From contig SLCH01000011.1 of assembly GCA_007125915.1 (NCBI GenBank), forward strand, positions 924 through 64,923: a DNA stretch of 64,000 nt, in the 5' to 3' direction. A program made the translations under genes and the position numbers. Positions 28,414-38,679 of the stretch are shown piece after piece (positions within the stretch are counted from its first letter, which is position 1; every line of letters begins with the position of its first letter). The stretch comes from Syntrophobacteraceae bacterium. GTDB lineage: Bacteria; Desulfobacterota; Syntrophobacteria; Syntrophobacterales; Syntrophobacteraceae. The notes beneath the pieces are model-generated. The model had not been told where the DNA came from, searched no databases, and saw only the letters and a list, made by a program, of their open reading frames with translations.

Positions 28414-28839
28414 ATGAAAAAGAAACAGGAGTCGGTGTCTCAGAAGAACTTGACCCCGGAGGACGCGCAGGGGAACGATTCCCTTGAAGGCAACGAGGGC
28501 GAGGACCTGGCGCTCAATGATGTGTTCATGATGGAAAATGGCCGCTTACGACCCTTTCCAATGGAAGAATACACTTCTTCCACACTCTACGAAATAGCTG
28601 AATCCTTTGAAGTTCAATGCCGTCTTGTGAAGCCCGATGATCCGGGGAGCATACTCTACGAAGGCAAAAGACCTTCCAAAAAGACCGTGCCCGCCATTCT
28701 GAAGAAAGATGGGGAAACTCTTTTGCTCGATTCATGGGCAGGGCTGGAGGAAGACCCCTCCCGGCTGGCGGATGTGCGGGAAGTTCTGGGCGTCGTTCCG
28801 GTGAAACAGGTCTTTGTGCTCAAGAGAAAAGATCAGTGA
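28414..28839 (+). CDS. hypothetical acidic protein
   Basis: AAGGAG 9 nt upstream of the ATG. No recognisable motif. Confidence 0.4.
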   Translation: MKKKQESVSQKNLTPEDAQGNDSLEGNEGEDLALNDVFMMENGRLRPFPMEEYTSSTLYEIAESFEVQCRLVKPDDPGSILYEGKRPSKKTVPAILKKDGETLLLDSWAGLEEDPSRLADVREVLGVVPVKQVFVLKRKDQ

Positions 28840-29051
28840 AAAAGACCTTCAAAGGGATATGACATTTTTCCGGGAAGACAACTGCCTCAAGGTTCGCATT
28901 GTCTGCTTCGAATCTATTGTTGACGGTCGCCTTCCATTGATTTTGCTGCTATAAAGCTTTCAATGGAATCGTTTGGCCTTATAAATTTCCATGGAGATTC
29001 GACCCTTCGCCGCTGTGGTGGAAGAACAGGGGGCACTGGCATATTCAAAGG

Positions 29052-30458
29052 ATGCGGGAGCACGGCATGAGCAGGGTGGAAGATTTGCTGGAGAGAACCT
29101 GCAAGAATATGATTCGGACCATACTCCGCTGTATCCCCTTTGCCTACAAGGGGACCATTTACCGAGTGGGGCCCATGCCGACCCTTCAGGCAGTGCGAAT
29201 CACTTCGGGCATTCGTGGAAAAGGTTTAGATGAGATCGAGTGGGGTCTTCCCGCCACATCCGATTACAACCCTCCGGGCAAAAGCTGGAAGGAGTACAGT
29301 GACCATCCCGGGCGCCCATTGGAAGCCATGGGCTGGTGCGTGGAAAAGCAAAAGAGCTGGACTGCAGAGAATCCTTACGAAGACTTGCGCAGTGTGGCCA
29401 AGCAGCTTCGCGGCGAAATCGAAGACTTTTACCACATGGAGCCCGTGCTCGTCAGAAAGATCGACCTTTACGGATCCTGTCTCGATGCATTGCCATATCC
29501 TCTTGACTGGCAGGGAAATCCCATATGGCAGGATACGGAATACGTGGTGGTGGCGGTGATCAAAATTCACTTTCGACCCTACACCATACGCAAGGATGAT
29601 CAATCGACCCGCGTGATTCAGGAACTTTCTCGAAGCCTGGGAACAGAAATACTCACTCTGCAGCTTCGGGAAACACTTCTCAAAGCCCAAAGGGAGTTTG
29701 CCCGGCAGAGGCTCCATAGCTGTGAACTCCTTGCCCATGAATTGCGAAACACACTCATCAAGTTCGCTTTTATCCTTTCTGCCGTCAATGCCCAGTTGGG
29801 AATTCTGAGGGCTGAGTGGGAGGCGCAGCTGAAAATCGCTTTTCCCCTCATCCCCTGGAGGGAAGCCATTCTTCAGCAACTGGAAGTTCTGCTTTCCAGG
29901 GGAATGAGCTTGGTGAAGGGGGATGATGAACTGATCCATTTGTCCCGAAGGCTCTCCGCCGATCACGAAGAAATGAAGACCATGTGCCTGCTTCCGGCCC
30001 AATATCAGCAATGGCTTGCCTTCAAGATCGTTCCCAAGTGGGAGCAGCTTTTTTCCCTCACTTCCGTTTTTGATGAGAACAAGGTTCAGATCAGGCATCT
30101 CATATCTCATTTGGAGGAGGCCATTCACAAGGTCACAGACAAGGAGCTCATCCTCCGCATTTCTCATTTGCCTCAGGAACTGTGCCGGCGATGGGTAGAC
30201 ACTGCTTACATCTATTTTACGGCAGACAAGTTGGAAGTGCTTGACCAGGCAATCCTGCTCCTTTCCCGCTCGGAGTTGCCCATAGGGAACCGCCACCAGA
30301 TGATAAAGGTGCTCAGATCTCTAAAAGCTCTTGTCGAATTGGTTCCGGAAATGGAAGAAAAGGCTGACCGGATCATCTATTCGCTGCGCCACAGTGGCGG
30401 GGGAGAACCCGATGGCCCGGCGAGCCTGGAAGATCTGAGCGCCTGTTCTTTGATGTGA
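29052..30458 (+). CDS. signalling protein with histidine-kinase-type H-box (DHp) but no recognisable ATPase domain
   Basis: SCELLAHELRNTLIKFAF resembles the HisKA H-box. The C-terminal roughly 230 aa are helical, with no N/G1/G2 boxes seen. The start may be ATG 29067. Confidence 0.5.
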   Translation: MREHGMSRVEDLLERTCKNMIRTILRCIPFAYKGTIYRVGPMPTLQAVRITSGIRGKGLDEIEWGLPATSDYNPPGKSWKEYSDHPGRPLEAMGWCVEKQKSWTAENPYEDLRSVAKQLRGEIEDFYHMEPVLVRKIDLYGSCLDALPYPLDWQGNPIWQDTEYVVVAVIKIHFRPYTIRKDDQSTRVIQELSRSLGTEILTLQLRETLLKAQREFARQRLHSCELLAHELRNTLIKFAFILSAVNAQLGILRAEWEAQLKIAFPLIPWREAILQQLEVLLSRGMSLVKGDDELIHLSRRLSADHEEMKTMCLLPAQYQQWLAFKIVPKWEQLFSLTSVFDENKVQIRHLISHLEEAIHKVTDKELILRISHLPQELCRRWVDTAYIYFTADKLEVLDQAILLLSRSELPIGNRHQMIKVLRSLKALVELVPEMEEKADRIIYSLRHSGGGEPDGPASLEDLSACSLM

Positions 30459-30526
30459 CCTTCATTCCACCTTGAGAATGCCGCGTGCATTTAAGTTCCG
30501 GGTCTGCCGCTGCAAAGGGGTGTCAA

Positions 30527-31723
30527 ATGAATTCCTCGGAGCATTCTCCTTTCGAAAAAGCATTTTTTGCGCAAGGCATTCGGTACAAGAGTTTTTTTGA
30601 TGCGTCTCTGGACATGCGCTTTGTGGTGAATCGCAAAGGAATTCTTCTGGAGACCAACCGGGCCGGAGCGGAGGTATTCGGTTTCCAATCCAAAGAAGAA
30701 ATGCTGGGATTGCCATCCATTGCATGTCTCTTTCAAGATCCGCGGGATATGGAACTCCTTCGTCAGAAGATCGAGGCGGATGGATTCGTCAAAAATTACG
30801 AAGTGATCATGAAAAGAAAGGACAACACCACCTTTGTGGGCATGATCACCGCGAATCTCTGGTTTGAAGAAAGTGGAAGCGTGTCTTATGAGGGACTGCT
30901 TTTAGATGTCACCAATTGGAGACGCTGTCGTCAAGCGCTCGATGAATGCCAGATGGAGAACATCGGCCTCGCTCAATCGGAAGAGCGCATTCGGCATTTG
31001 AATGAAAAGATCCTGCAGATGCTCATGCTCATGTCCCATGATGTTCGAGGGTCGCTGGTGGCCATGGCTGCAACGCTGAAGCTTCTCATTCGAGGCCGGT
31101 ATGGTTCAATGGATGAGAGCGTTTACAACACTCTCAGCGATCTTTTGTCCCGAGTGGCCCAGTTGCTGGGAACCGCTGAAGAGTTCATGGGAAAGGCGCA
31201 ATCCATGGCCTCCTCCATGGACGATGGTCCTCAAATGCTGGATTTGAGAACGGATATCATTGATCCTGTTCTCTATGAACTTGAAAGTGAGTTTGAGAAG
31301 AACGGGATCATGATCGACAGCGGCATGGGGGCCATTCCCGCGGGCCAGATTGCCGTCCATGCAGACAGAATCTGGCTCAAATCCGTATTTCGAAATCTTT
31401 TTCGAAACGCCGTGAATCATGGTGGCCCAGGAAGCCGCATCGCCTTTGGATTTGAAGACCTTTCGAGCCACTACCGTCTGCACGTTTACAACAGCGGCCG
31501 TTCCATTCCCGAAGAACTGAGAGACCGGCTGTTTTCCAAATTGGGGCGCATTTCAAAAGGGGGTTCGCCGGGACGGCCCGGCCTGGGCATAGGGCTCTAT
31601 CTCATTCGAGAAATCATTCGAAAGCACGGAGGAGAAATTTGGTATGAGCCCTGCCCGGACGGGTCGGACTTTGTCTTCACCCTTGCCAAGGATTCTGCTC
31701 ACTTCCAGGCTGACGAATTTTGA
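30527..31723 (+). CDS. PAS-domain sensor histidine kinase
   Basis: PAS-like N-terminus. H-box LMSHDVRGSL. ATPase boxes NAVNHG, GLGIGLYLIREIIRKHGGEIW. Confidence 0.8.
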   Translation: MNSSEHSPFEKAFFAQGIRYKSFFDASLDMRFVVNRKGILLETNRAGAEVFGFQSKEEMLGLPSIACLFQDPRDMELLRQKIEADGFVKNYEVIMKRKDNTTFVGMITANLWFEESGSVSYEGLLLDVTNWRRCRQALDECQMENIGLAQSEERIRHLNEKILQMLMLMSHDVRGSLVAMAATLKLLIRGRYGSMDESVYNTLSDLLSRVAQLLGTAEEFMGKAQSMASSMDDGPQMLDLRTDIIDPVLYELESEFEKNGIMIDSGMGAIPAGQIAVHADRIWLKSVFRNLFRNAVNHGGPGSRIAFGFEDLSSHYRLHVYNSGRSIPEELRDRLFSKLGRISKGGSPGRPGLGIGLYLIREIIRKHGGEIWYEPCPDGSDFVFTLAKDSAHFQADEF

Positions 31724-31896
31724 AGATCCTGGAAAGACTCCATTGCCCGCGTGATGCATCGTCGAGAGCCATTGAAGCTGTCTGTGGCCCTTGATTGGTG
31801 CGGGTGCTTCTTTTCCATTGCCTCAAGCCCAAAGGGTTGGTTCCCATCGATGAGTGACTGGGTGAAAGAGAGCAGAAAGGGTCTTTTCCCAACACC

Positions 31897-33102
31897 ATGA
31901 TCTCCCTTCAAAAAATTGAGGAAGCTTCCAATGTGCTGAGGGGGCTTTTTCTCAAAACACCTCTGGTCTATTCTTCCACATTCAGCAGGCTGAGTGGCGC
32001 TCAGGTCTATCTGAAGCTTGAAAATCTTCAAGAAACGGGGTCCTTCAAAATTCGAGGGGCCTCGAGCAAAATAGCCTTCAGCCGTGAGGCCATCGGCCCC
32101 TTGGGTGTGGTGGCCGCCTCTGCGGGAAACCACGCCCAGGGAGTGGCACTTGCGGCTCAAAGAGCAGGCTTTCCAGCGACCATCATCATGCCCAGGTGGG
32201 CTTCCATTTCCAAACAGGAGGCCACCAAAGCTTACGGGGGAAGGGTTCTGCTGGCCGGGAACGATATCACCGACGCAATCCGCATGGCTCTCCAGCTGGA
32301 AAAGGAGGGAAAAACCTTCATCCATCCCTATGATGATCCGGACATCATCAGGGGGCAGGGCACGGTGGGTTTGGAAATTTTTCAGGATTTGCCCGATCCC
32401 GACTTCATCTTTGTGCCCATTGGAGGTGGCGGGCTTTTCAGCGGCATAGCCGAGGTGGCTCGGCAGGTGCGGCCTTCTGTAAAAATGATCGGGGTCCAGG
32501 CCTCTGCATGTCCATCCGTGAAGGAGGCTCTTCGGCATGAAAAACCCGTTCAGGTGGAAGCCCGAAAGTCCATTGCCGATGGAATTGCCGTCAAGCAACT
32601 GGGGGTCATTCCTTTCGAAATCATTCGCGCCTGCGCTCATGATGTGGTTCTGGTGGATGAAGGAGAAATCGGCGCAGCCATCCTGATGCTTTTGGAAAGA
32701 AGACGTGTTCTGGCCGAGGGATCGGGTGCCGCGCCTCTGGCTGCCCTTCTGGCAGGGGGTGTTCCCATGCGCCCTGGGAGCAAGGTGGTGCTCGTCATCA
32801 GCGGAGGGAATGTGGACACGCCCCTTGTGGACCGCGTCATTCGCCAGGGTTTGTTTCGCAGCGGGCGCATCCTGCGCTTCAGGGTCTGTCTTGAAGACAC
32901 TCCCGGTTCTTTGGCGGAATTGTTGAGGCTGGTGGCCGACCACTCGGCCAACGTTCTGGATATTCACCATGATCGAGGGGGCAAGGACCTTCCCCTTCAC
33001 CTCACACGTGTGGAACTGGAGGTGGAAACGAGGGGTCCGGAACACAAGGCGGAGCTTATGAGCGCATTGACAGAAGGCGGCTACATCGTGTCCGGGCCAT
33101 GA
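31897..33102 (+). CDS. ilvA: threonine ammonia-lyase (threonine dehydratase) with one ACT-like domain
   Basis: ETGSFKIRGA PLP-lysine motif. GGGGL loop. C-terminal regulatory domain. Confidence 0.8.
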   Translation: MISLQKIEEASNVLRGLFLKTPLVYSSTFSRLSGAQVYLKLENLQETGSFKIRGASSKIAFSREAIGPLGVVAASAGNHAQGVALAAQRAGFPATIIMPRWASISKQEATKAYGGRVLLAGNDITDAIRMALQLEKEGKTFIHPYDDPDIIRGQGTVGLEIFQDLPDPDFIFVPIGGGGLFSGIAEVARQVRPSVKMIGVQASACPSVKEALRHEKPVQVEARKSIADGIAVKQLGVIPFEIIRACAHDVVLVDEGEIGAAILMLLERRRVLAEGSGAAPLAALLAGGVPMRPGSKVVLVISGGNVDTPLVDRVIRQGLFRSGRILRFRVCLEDTPGSLAELLRLVADHSANVLDIHHDRGGKDLPLHLTRVELEVETRGPEHKAELMSALTEGGYIVSGP

Positions 33103-33321
33103 GGTTTTCACCAGGTCCTTGAAGCGATGTTCCCCATATTGTGCCGGTGCCTATACCAAATGAATGAAACATGATTATTGTAGGGATCTGAAAGGATTCT
33201 CCAGGTAGAGAGTCGACTTTGGCGGGGCGATTTGCTTTTTTCGTTTGTCCAATGGTGCAGGCGCATCCCCAAATGAAGAAATCATGTGTGTGACAGAATC
33301 ATAAGCACTGGAGGGTTTTGA

Positions 33322-33741
33322 ATGTTCAAGAGTATTCTCGTGCCGACGGATCTTACGGAAAGGAGCTTCAGGGCACTGGAGATTGCCATGAAAATTGCCA
33401 GGCATGATGAAGCGAATGTGACGCTTCTACATGTTATTGAGATGATTGAAGATGCTGATGCAGGGGATTTTCAGGATTTTTATGACAAACTGGGCCGCCG
33501 GGCTCACAAGCTGATGGATCAGGTGATATCACGGTATGAAAGGGGGTCCGATCTCATTGAAAAGCGCGTGAGTGTGGGGCGCAGAGTGAAAGACATTGTG
33601 CAGTATGCTCATGCCCATGAAATGGACCTGATCGTTCTGACCTCACACAAGATAGATGTGGCCGACAGATCTCAGGGATGGGGAACCATCAGCTACAAGG
33701 TGGGTATTCTCTCCCAATGTCCAGTGATGCTTGTGAAGTGA
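33322..33741 (+). CDS. universal stress protein
   Basis: MFKSILVPTDLTE.., DLIVLTSHK.., GTISYKVG pattern. Confidence 0.7.
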   Translation: MFKSILVPTDLTERSFRALEIAMKIARHDEANVTLLHVIEMIEDADAGDFQDFYDKLGRRAHKLMDQVISRYERGSDLIEKRVSVGRRVKDIVQYAHAHEMDLIVLTSHKIDVADRSQGWGTISYKVGILSQCPVMLVK

Positions 33742-33756
33742 ATCAGAAAGATTGCC

Positions 33757-34455
33757 ATGATACCCATTCGTGACATCAACCCCTCCAAAGGCACACCGGT
33801 GGTGAACTACACGATCATTGCCACCTGTTGTCTCATATTCATTTACGAACTCACCCTGGGTCCCGATGTGGAGAGGTTTCTTTACCGTTACGGTCTCATT
33901 CCCGCGCGTTTCTTTCAGGGGGCGGAAACTCCCGGCGTTTCTTTCCTGGAGCTTCTGACCCCTTTCTTTTCTTCCATGTTTCTTCACGGCGGATGGCTCC
34001 ACGTCATTGGGAACATGTGGATCCTGCACATTTTTGGCGACAATGTGGAGGGGGAGCTTGGCCATGGGCGATACCTTGTCTTTTATCTGCTTTGCGGTTT
34101 CATTGCGGGCATGCTGCATGTGGTGGTGCATCCGGCATCACCCATCCCGACCGTGGGGGCGAGCGGTGCCGTTGCGGGCGTGATGGGAGCCTATTTTGTC
34201 CTTTACCCGAGAGCCAAAGTGCTCACCCTGGTGCCCATTTTCTTCTTTTTCACCATGGTGGAACTGCCCGCCTATGTTTTTCTGGGAATTTGGTTTCTGC
34301 TGCAGTTTTTCAGCGGCGCCTTCACTCTCCTTGCTTCGAGGGATGAAGTGGTGGGGATTGCCTGGTGGGCGCACGTGGGAGGATTCCTGGGGGGCATCGC
34401 CCTCCTGTTTGTCATGCGCGCCACGAGGCAACGGCAGAACAATCGTTCAAAGTGA
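33757..34455 (+). CDS. rhomboid-family intramembrane serine protease
   Basis: HGGWLHVIGNM, GASGAVAGVMGAY (catalytic Ser) and AHVGGFLGG (catalytic His). Confidence 0.85.
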   Translation: MIPIRDINPSKGTPVVNYTIIATCCLIFIYELTLGPDVERFLYRYGLIPARFFQGAETPGVSFLELLTPFFSSMFLHGGWLHVIGNMWILHIFGDNVEGELGHGRYLVFYLLCGFIAGMLHVVVHPASPIPTVGASGAVAGVMGAYFVLYPRAKVLTLVPIFFFFTMVELPAYVFLGIWFLLQFFSGAFTLLASRDEVVGIAWWAHVGGFLGGIALLFVMRATRQRQNNRSK

Positions 34456-34504
34456 GCTGTTCATGCTTTTATCCATCGCGTAACAGATTGTTTCCCGCCT
34501 TCGA

Positions 34505-36922
34505 TCATTGGAGTTTTTCTTTAAGAATTTCAATGGTCTCAGAAATTTCTTTGGGGGTCACTTCCCGACGCATCTTTTCCAGCTGCTGCATGGTTTTGGA
34601 AAAACGCATTCCCTCGGCGGCGCTGATCCACTCCAACTGGAGCCGCTCCGGACGAATGCCCCACTTTTCCATCTTCTTGCGAATCTTTTCCACACGCTTC
34701 TCCGTCCAGCGGTTGGCGTCGATGTAGTGGCAATCGCCAATGTGACAACCGCTCACCAGGACGATGGGTGCGCCTTTGTTAAGTCCGTGCCAGATGAAAC
34801 TCTCGTCCACGCGGCCCGAGCACATGGTGCGTATGAGTCGAACGTTGGGGGGATACTGGAGCCTGGATACTCCGGCGTAGTCAGCCCCGGCGTAGGAGCA
34901 CCAATTGCATGCGAAGGCGAGGATCTTTTCCTGGGAATCCAGTTCCAGCATTTGGTCGATCTGGGTGACGATCTGGCCGTCGGTGAAGTGGTTCATGGAA
35001 ATGGCGTCAAAGGGGCATTCGGCGGCACAGGTGCCGCAACCCGCACATGCCGCCGTGTTCACCATGGCGGGCGTTTTTTTCTTCTTATCCACGGTGATGG
35101 CGTTGTAGGAACACACTTCCGCGCACATGCCGCAGAATTTGCAGTCCTCAGCAACGACTTCCGCAGTGATGGGTTCCGTGAGAATTTCTCCCTTGTGCAT
35201 GAGCCTTATGGCGCGGACGGCGGCGGCGGAAGCCTGGGTCACCGTCTCCTTGATGTCCTTGGGGCCTTCGGAACATCCTGCGTAAAAGACTCCCCGGGTC
35301 GCTGCATCCACGGGCAGGAGTTTGGGGTGAGCCTCAAGGTAAAATCCGTCCGAATTGAGCTGAAGGCCTAGCATTTCCTGAAGTCGCCGCGTCCCCCTGG
35401 AAGGCTGTACACCGACGGCCAGCACCAGCATGTCAAAAACGTAGAATTCCAGTTCTCCCGTGGCCGCGTTTTCAACGGCCACTTTCAGGCTTCCGTCGGG
35501 CAGCTCCTCCACATTGCCCGGCAAACCTCGAACATAATGCACTCCCAGGCGCCGGCTTCTCTTGTAGAGATCTTCAAATCCTTTCCCAAAAGCACGAATG
35601 TCAATGTAGAACACCTTGAGGTCAATGTTGGGGGCGTGCTCCTTGAGCACCAGCGTGCTCTTGATCGTGTTCATGCAGCACACGTTGGAGCAGTAGGAGT
35701 GGCCCTTGCGCGCGGACCTGGACCCCACGCACTGTATGAATCCAATGGAGGAGGGGTGCTTTCTGTCTTTGGGGCGAATGAGGTTTCCCCTGGTGGGGCC
35801 TCCCGCATTGATGAGCCTTTCAAATTCAATGCTTGTGAGCACGTTTTCAAATCGCGTGTAGCCGTACTCATCCATTTCCGTTGGATCGTAGGGCTCCATG
35901 CCCGTGGCCACAATGATGCTTCCCACTTTCTCCGTGATTTCTTTGTCTGACATGTGGAAATTGATGCACCCTTTATCGCAGGCTTCCACGCATTTGGCGC
36001 AAACCACGGGGTTGTGCCCGAGACATTCGCTGGTGTTGACCACGTATGCCGAGGGCACCGCCTGGGGAAAAGGAGAATAGATGGCCTTGCGCGAAGAGAG
36101 TCCGTGGTTGAATTCATCGGGTCGAACCACGGGACAGACGGTGGCGCAATCTCCGCATGCGGTGCACTCTTTTTCGTCCACATAACGGGCTTTCTTGATG
36201 ATTTTGACCTCGAAATTGCCAACGTAGCCCTTCACGTCGGCCACTTCGCTCATGGAGTAGAGCTTGATTCGGGGATGTCGACCGACATCCGTCATTTTCG
36301 GACCCAGTATTCAGATGGAGCAGTCCATGGTGGGAAAGGTTTTGTCAAGCTGGGCCATGATGCCTCCAATGGAGGGCTTCTTTTCCACCAGAACCACGTC
36401 GTAACCATTGTCCGCCAGGTCAAGGGATGCCTGTATGCCGGCCACTCCTCCTCCTATGACGAGAGTCCGCTTGGTGAGGGGGAGCGTTTCGGGTTCCAGG
36501 GGCTGCAGCTGTCTCACGCGGGCGATGGCCATCTGCGTCAGATCCACAGCCTTGGCCGTGGCGGCATCGGGCTCATGCATGTGCACCCAGCTGCAGTGCT
36601 CACGAAGATTGGCCATTTCCAGCAAGTATGGATTCAATCCAGCGGAAAGGAGCATCTGGCGGAAAGTGGGTTCGTGAAGCCTGGGTGAACACGATGCCAC
36701 CACGATCCGGTCGAGCTTATTTTCGGTGATGTCGTTTTTGATGCTCTCCTGGCCTGGATCGGAGCAGGCATAGGAAATGTCACGCGCCACGATCACATCG
36801 TCGTGTTTTTCCGCCAGTTGGCTCACCTGGTTGCAATTGACCGTTTTGGCGATATTGAGTCCGCAGTGGCACACGTAGACTCCAATGCGAGGTTGATGGT
36901 GCTGCATTTTTGCGCTCTCCAT
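34505..36922 (-). CDS. hdrA: HdrA-like flavoprotein with C-terminal MvhD domain; selenoprotein (in-frame UGA at 36311-36313)
   Basis: ORFs 36311..36922 and 34505..36295 are in the same frame, separated only by TGA plus five sense codons. Read-through gives KTFPTMDCSI-U-ILGPKM, the conserved HdrA DCSxC/U-ILxPK motif. GGGVAG FAD site, several CxxCxxCxxxCP clusters and a C-terminal CNWCSYAGADYAG MvhD motif are present. Confidence 0.8.
36273..36290 (-). promoter_or_regulatory. SECIS-like hairpin downstream of the hdrA UGA
   Basis: 20 nt after the UGA: GGAUGUC-GGUC-GACAUCC, a perfect 7-bp stem with a GGUC apical loop as in E. coli fdhF SECIS. Confidence 0.6.
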
Positions 36923-37057
36923 GAAAAAACACTCCCTATTGAGGTGATTTCGCGTTTTCAGCGAAACCTGCTTTGGACGAAAGTCGATGGTTCTTCGTTG
37001 CCCACGGCGTTCAATGGTTTCCGTGCAATCCCCGTGAACGGAACTCCAGGACTCGAA

Positions 37058-38638
37058 TCATTCCCACTTGATGGTTTTGGCCATGAGTCCCGTGAGATCC
37101 ATGATCTCCATTTCAATCTCATTCCCTCGAAAAGGGTCTTGCATGGCACATTTCAAATGGATTTGGCATTTGGGGCAGGCGGTTACAAGAAGGTCGCTCC
37201 CTGTGGCCCTGGCTTGCCGCAGCCGCTTGTTCTGAAGAGCCTTCGTGTAGCTGTCACAACCAGTCCAGGCACAATTCCCGCAACAGAGAGCAGATATGCC
37301 CCGATCCTGCATTTCCTTGATTCCCTGGGGACGCAGACGCTGCAAAAGCTTCCTGGGAAGCTCAGGCCGCCCTTCAAGCCTGCTGAGGCGGCAGGGATCC
37401 TGGAAAGTGATTCTGTGTTCCGTCTCCTCAAAATCTACGGCGCCTTTGCTGATTTCTTTTTCCAGGAGATCGTAGACATGGGTCACCTTGATGTTCAGTG
37501 GAATGCCCGCGCGGGGGTAATCGTGGGAAAGTGTGCGAAAACATTCAGGGCAGGAGGTGACGATTTCTTCAATGCCCATTTCTTGGAAAGCTTTCGCGTT
37601 GAGACGGGCGAGGCGGAGAAAGTTCTCCTCATCACCGGACCAGAGGAGGTCGTGTCCGCAGCACCTTTCTCCCGGGTGGATCGCTGGAAAAATATCGAAA
37701 AAATTCATCAGTCTGAGGCTGTCCGAAAGAATGTCGCTGGTGTTCACACCCAGATGATGGCGAAAGAAAGTGTCGAAATAAGGTGCGCAGCCCCCGAAAT
37801 AGAGGATGGGGCTTTTTTCGTCTGTTTTAATGTCTGGGGGCAGCCAGTCCCAGTGGTTGATGGTCAGATGGGGAGAAGTCATGGTTCGCATGAGGGACTG
37901 GAAAAATCCGCCGTGACTCTGTTGACCTTCAACACCGCCGCATTTGAGCATGTGGCGCATCTCACGAATGAAGTCCGGAAAATTGACCACGGAGGGACAC
38001 CGGTCTGTGCAGAGGCCGCACGTGAGGCAGGACCACACGTCTTCCACCACGGCGGGGGAGTCCAGGTCGCCCCCGATGATGGCATTGGCCATGGCTCTGG
38101 GGGAAAAGCTTTTCCCCGAGAGGGTCACAGGGCAGGCAGAAGAGCATTTGCCGCAATCCTGGCAGGCGTAAACGTCGTGTGCCGCCACAATTCGGGCCGT
38201 TTCCATGTGAGAGAGAGCGGCCACGTCCCGGGGGTTTGGTGTGACAGGACTTTTTCCAATTGTTTCAATGACATCGCTAAAATCCTGCAGGAACCGTAAC
38301 AGTGCCTCGGATTCTTCCGGGAGAAACATGGCCAGGCGCAACCGGTCCCCCCCCAATCCCAGGAGGTGGAGAATTCCCCGTGTGTCTTCCACGTTGCGCT
38401 CCGCCGACTCGGTGCCGCTGCCGTAGCGGCATGATCCTGGTTCACAGCCCACAAGGGCAACGCCGTCCGCTCCCATTTCGAACGATTTGAAGAGAAGGGA
38501 TTTGCTCATTCTTCCGGTGCAGGGAATTCGAATCATGCGGACCTCCACGGGAATGTCCGCATCGTTGTCCTGCAGCGACTGAAAAGCGGCATGAGGGCCC
38601 CAGTTGCAGATAAACAATATGATTTTTGGTTTGTCCAT
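37058..38638 (-). CDS. MvhD-HdrC-HdrB fusion protein
   Basis: N-terminal MvhD-like domain (FICNW...IPCTGR). Two CxxCxxCxxxCP ferredoxin motifs. Two CCG domains (ERCCGHD..CPEC; LCCGNC..CPKC). Confidence 0.8.
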   Translation of the reverse strand: MDKPKIILFICNWGPHAAFQSLQDNDADIPVEVRMIRIPCTGRMSKSLLFKSFEMGADGVALVGCEPGSCRYGSGTESAERNVEDTRGILHLLGLGGDRLRLAMFLPEESEALLRFLQDFSDVIETIGKSPVTPNPRDVAALSHMETARIVAAHDVYACQDCGKCSSACPVTLSGKSFSPRAMANAIIGGDLDSPAVVEDVWSCLTCGLCTDRCPSVVNFPDFIREMRHMLKCGGVEGQQSHGGFFQSLMRTMTSPHLTINHWDWLPPDIKTDEKSPILYFGGCAPYFDTFFRHHLGVNTSDILSDSLRLMNFFDIFPAIHPGERCCGHDLLWSGDEENFLRLARLNAKAFQEMGIEEIVTSCPECFRTLSHDYPRAGIPLNIKVTHVYDLLEKEISKGAVDFEETEHRITFQDPCRLSRLEGRPELPRKLLQRLRPQGIKEMQDRGISALCCGNCAWTGCDSYTKALQNKRLRQARATGSDLLVTACPKCQIHLKCAMQDPFRGNEIEMEIMDLTGLMAKTIKWE

Positions 38639-38679
38639 TGCGCTCTCGTTCTTCTATGAATTGTAGACCACGAACTGTT

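Noticed and set aside
37058-38638. A second selenocysteine in the MvhD-like domains (as in some VhuD proteins).
   Set aside because: Both MvhD-like regions are read through without any in-frame stop. The N-terminal motif of the fusion protein is simply degenerate (CNWGPH).
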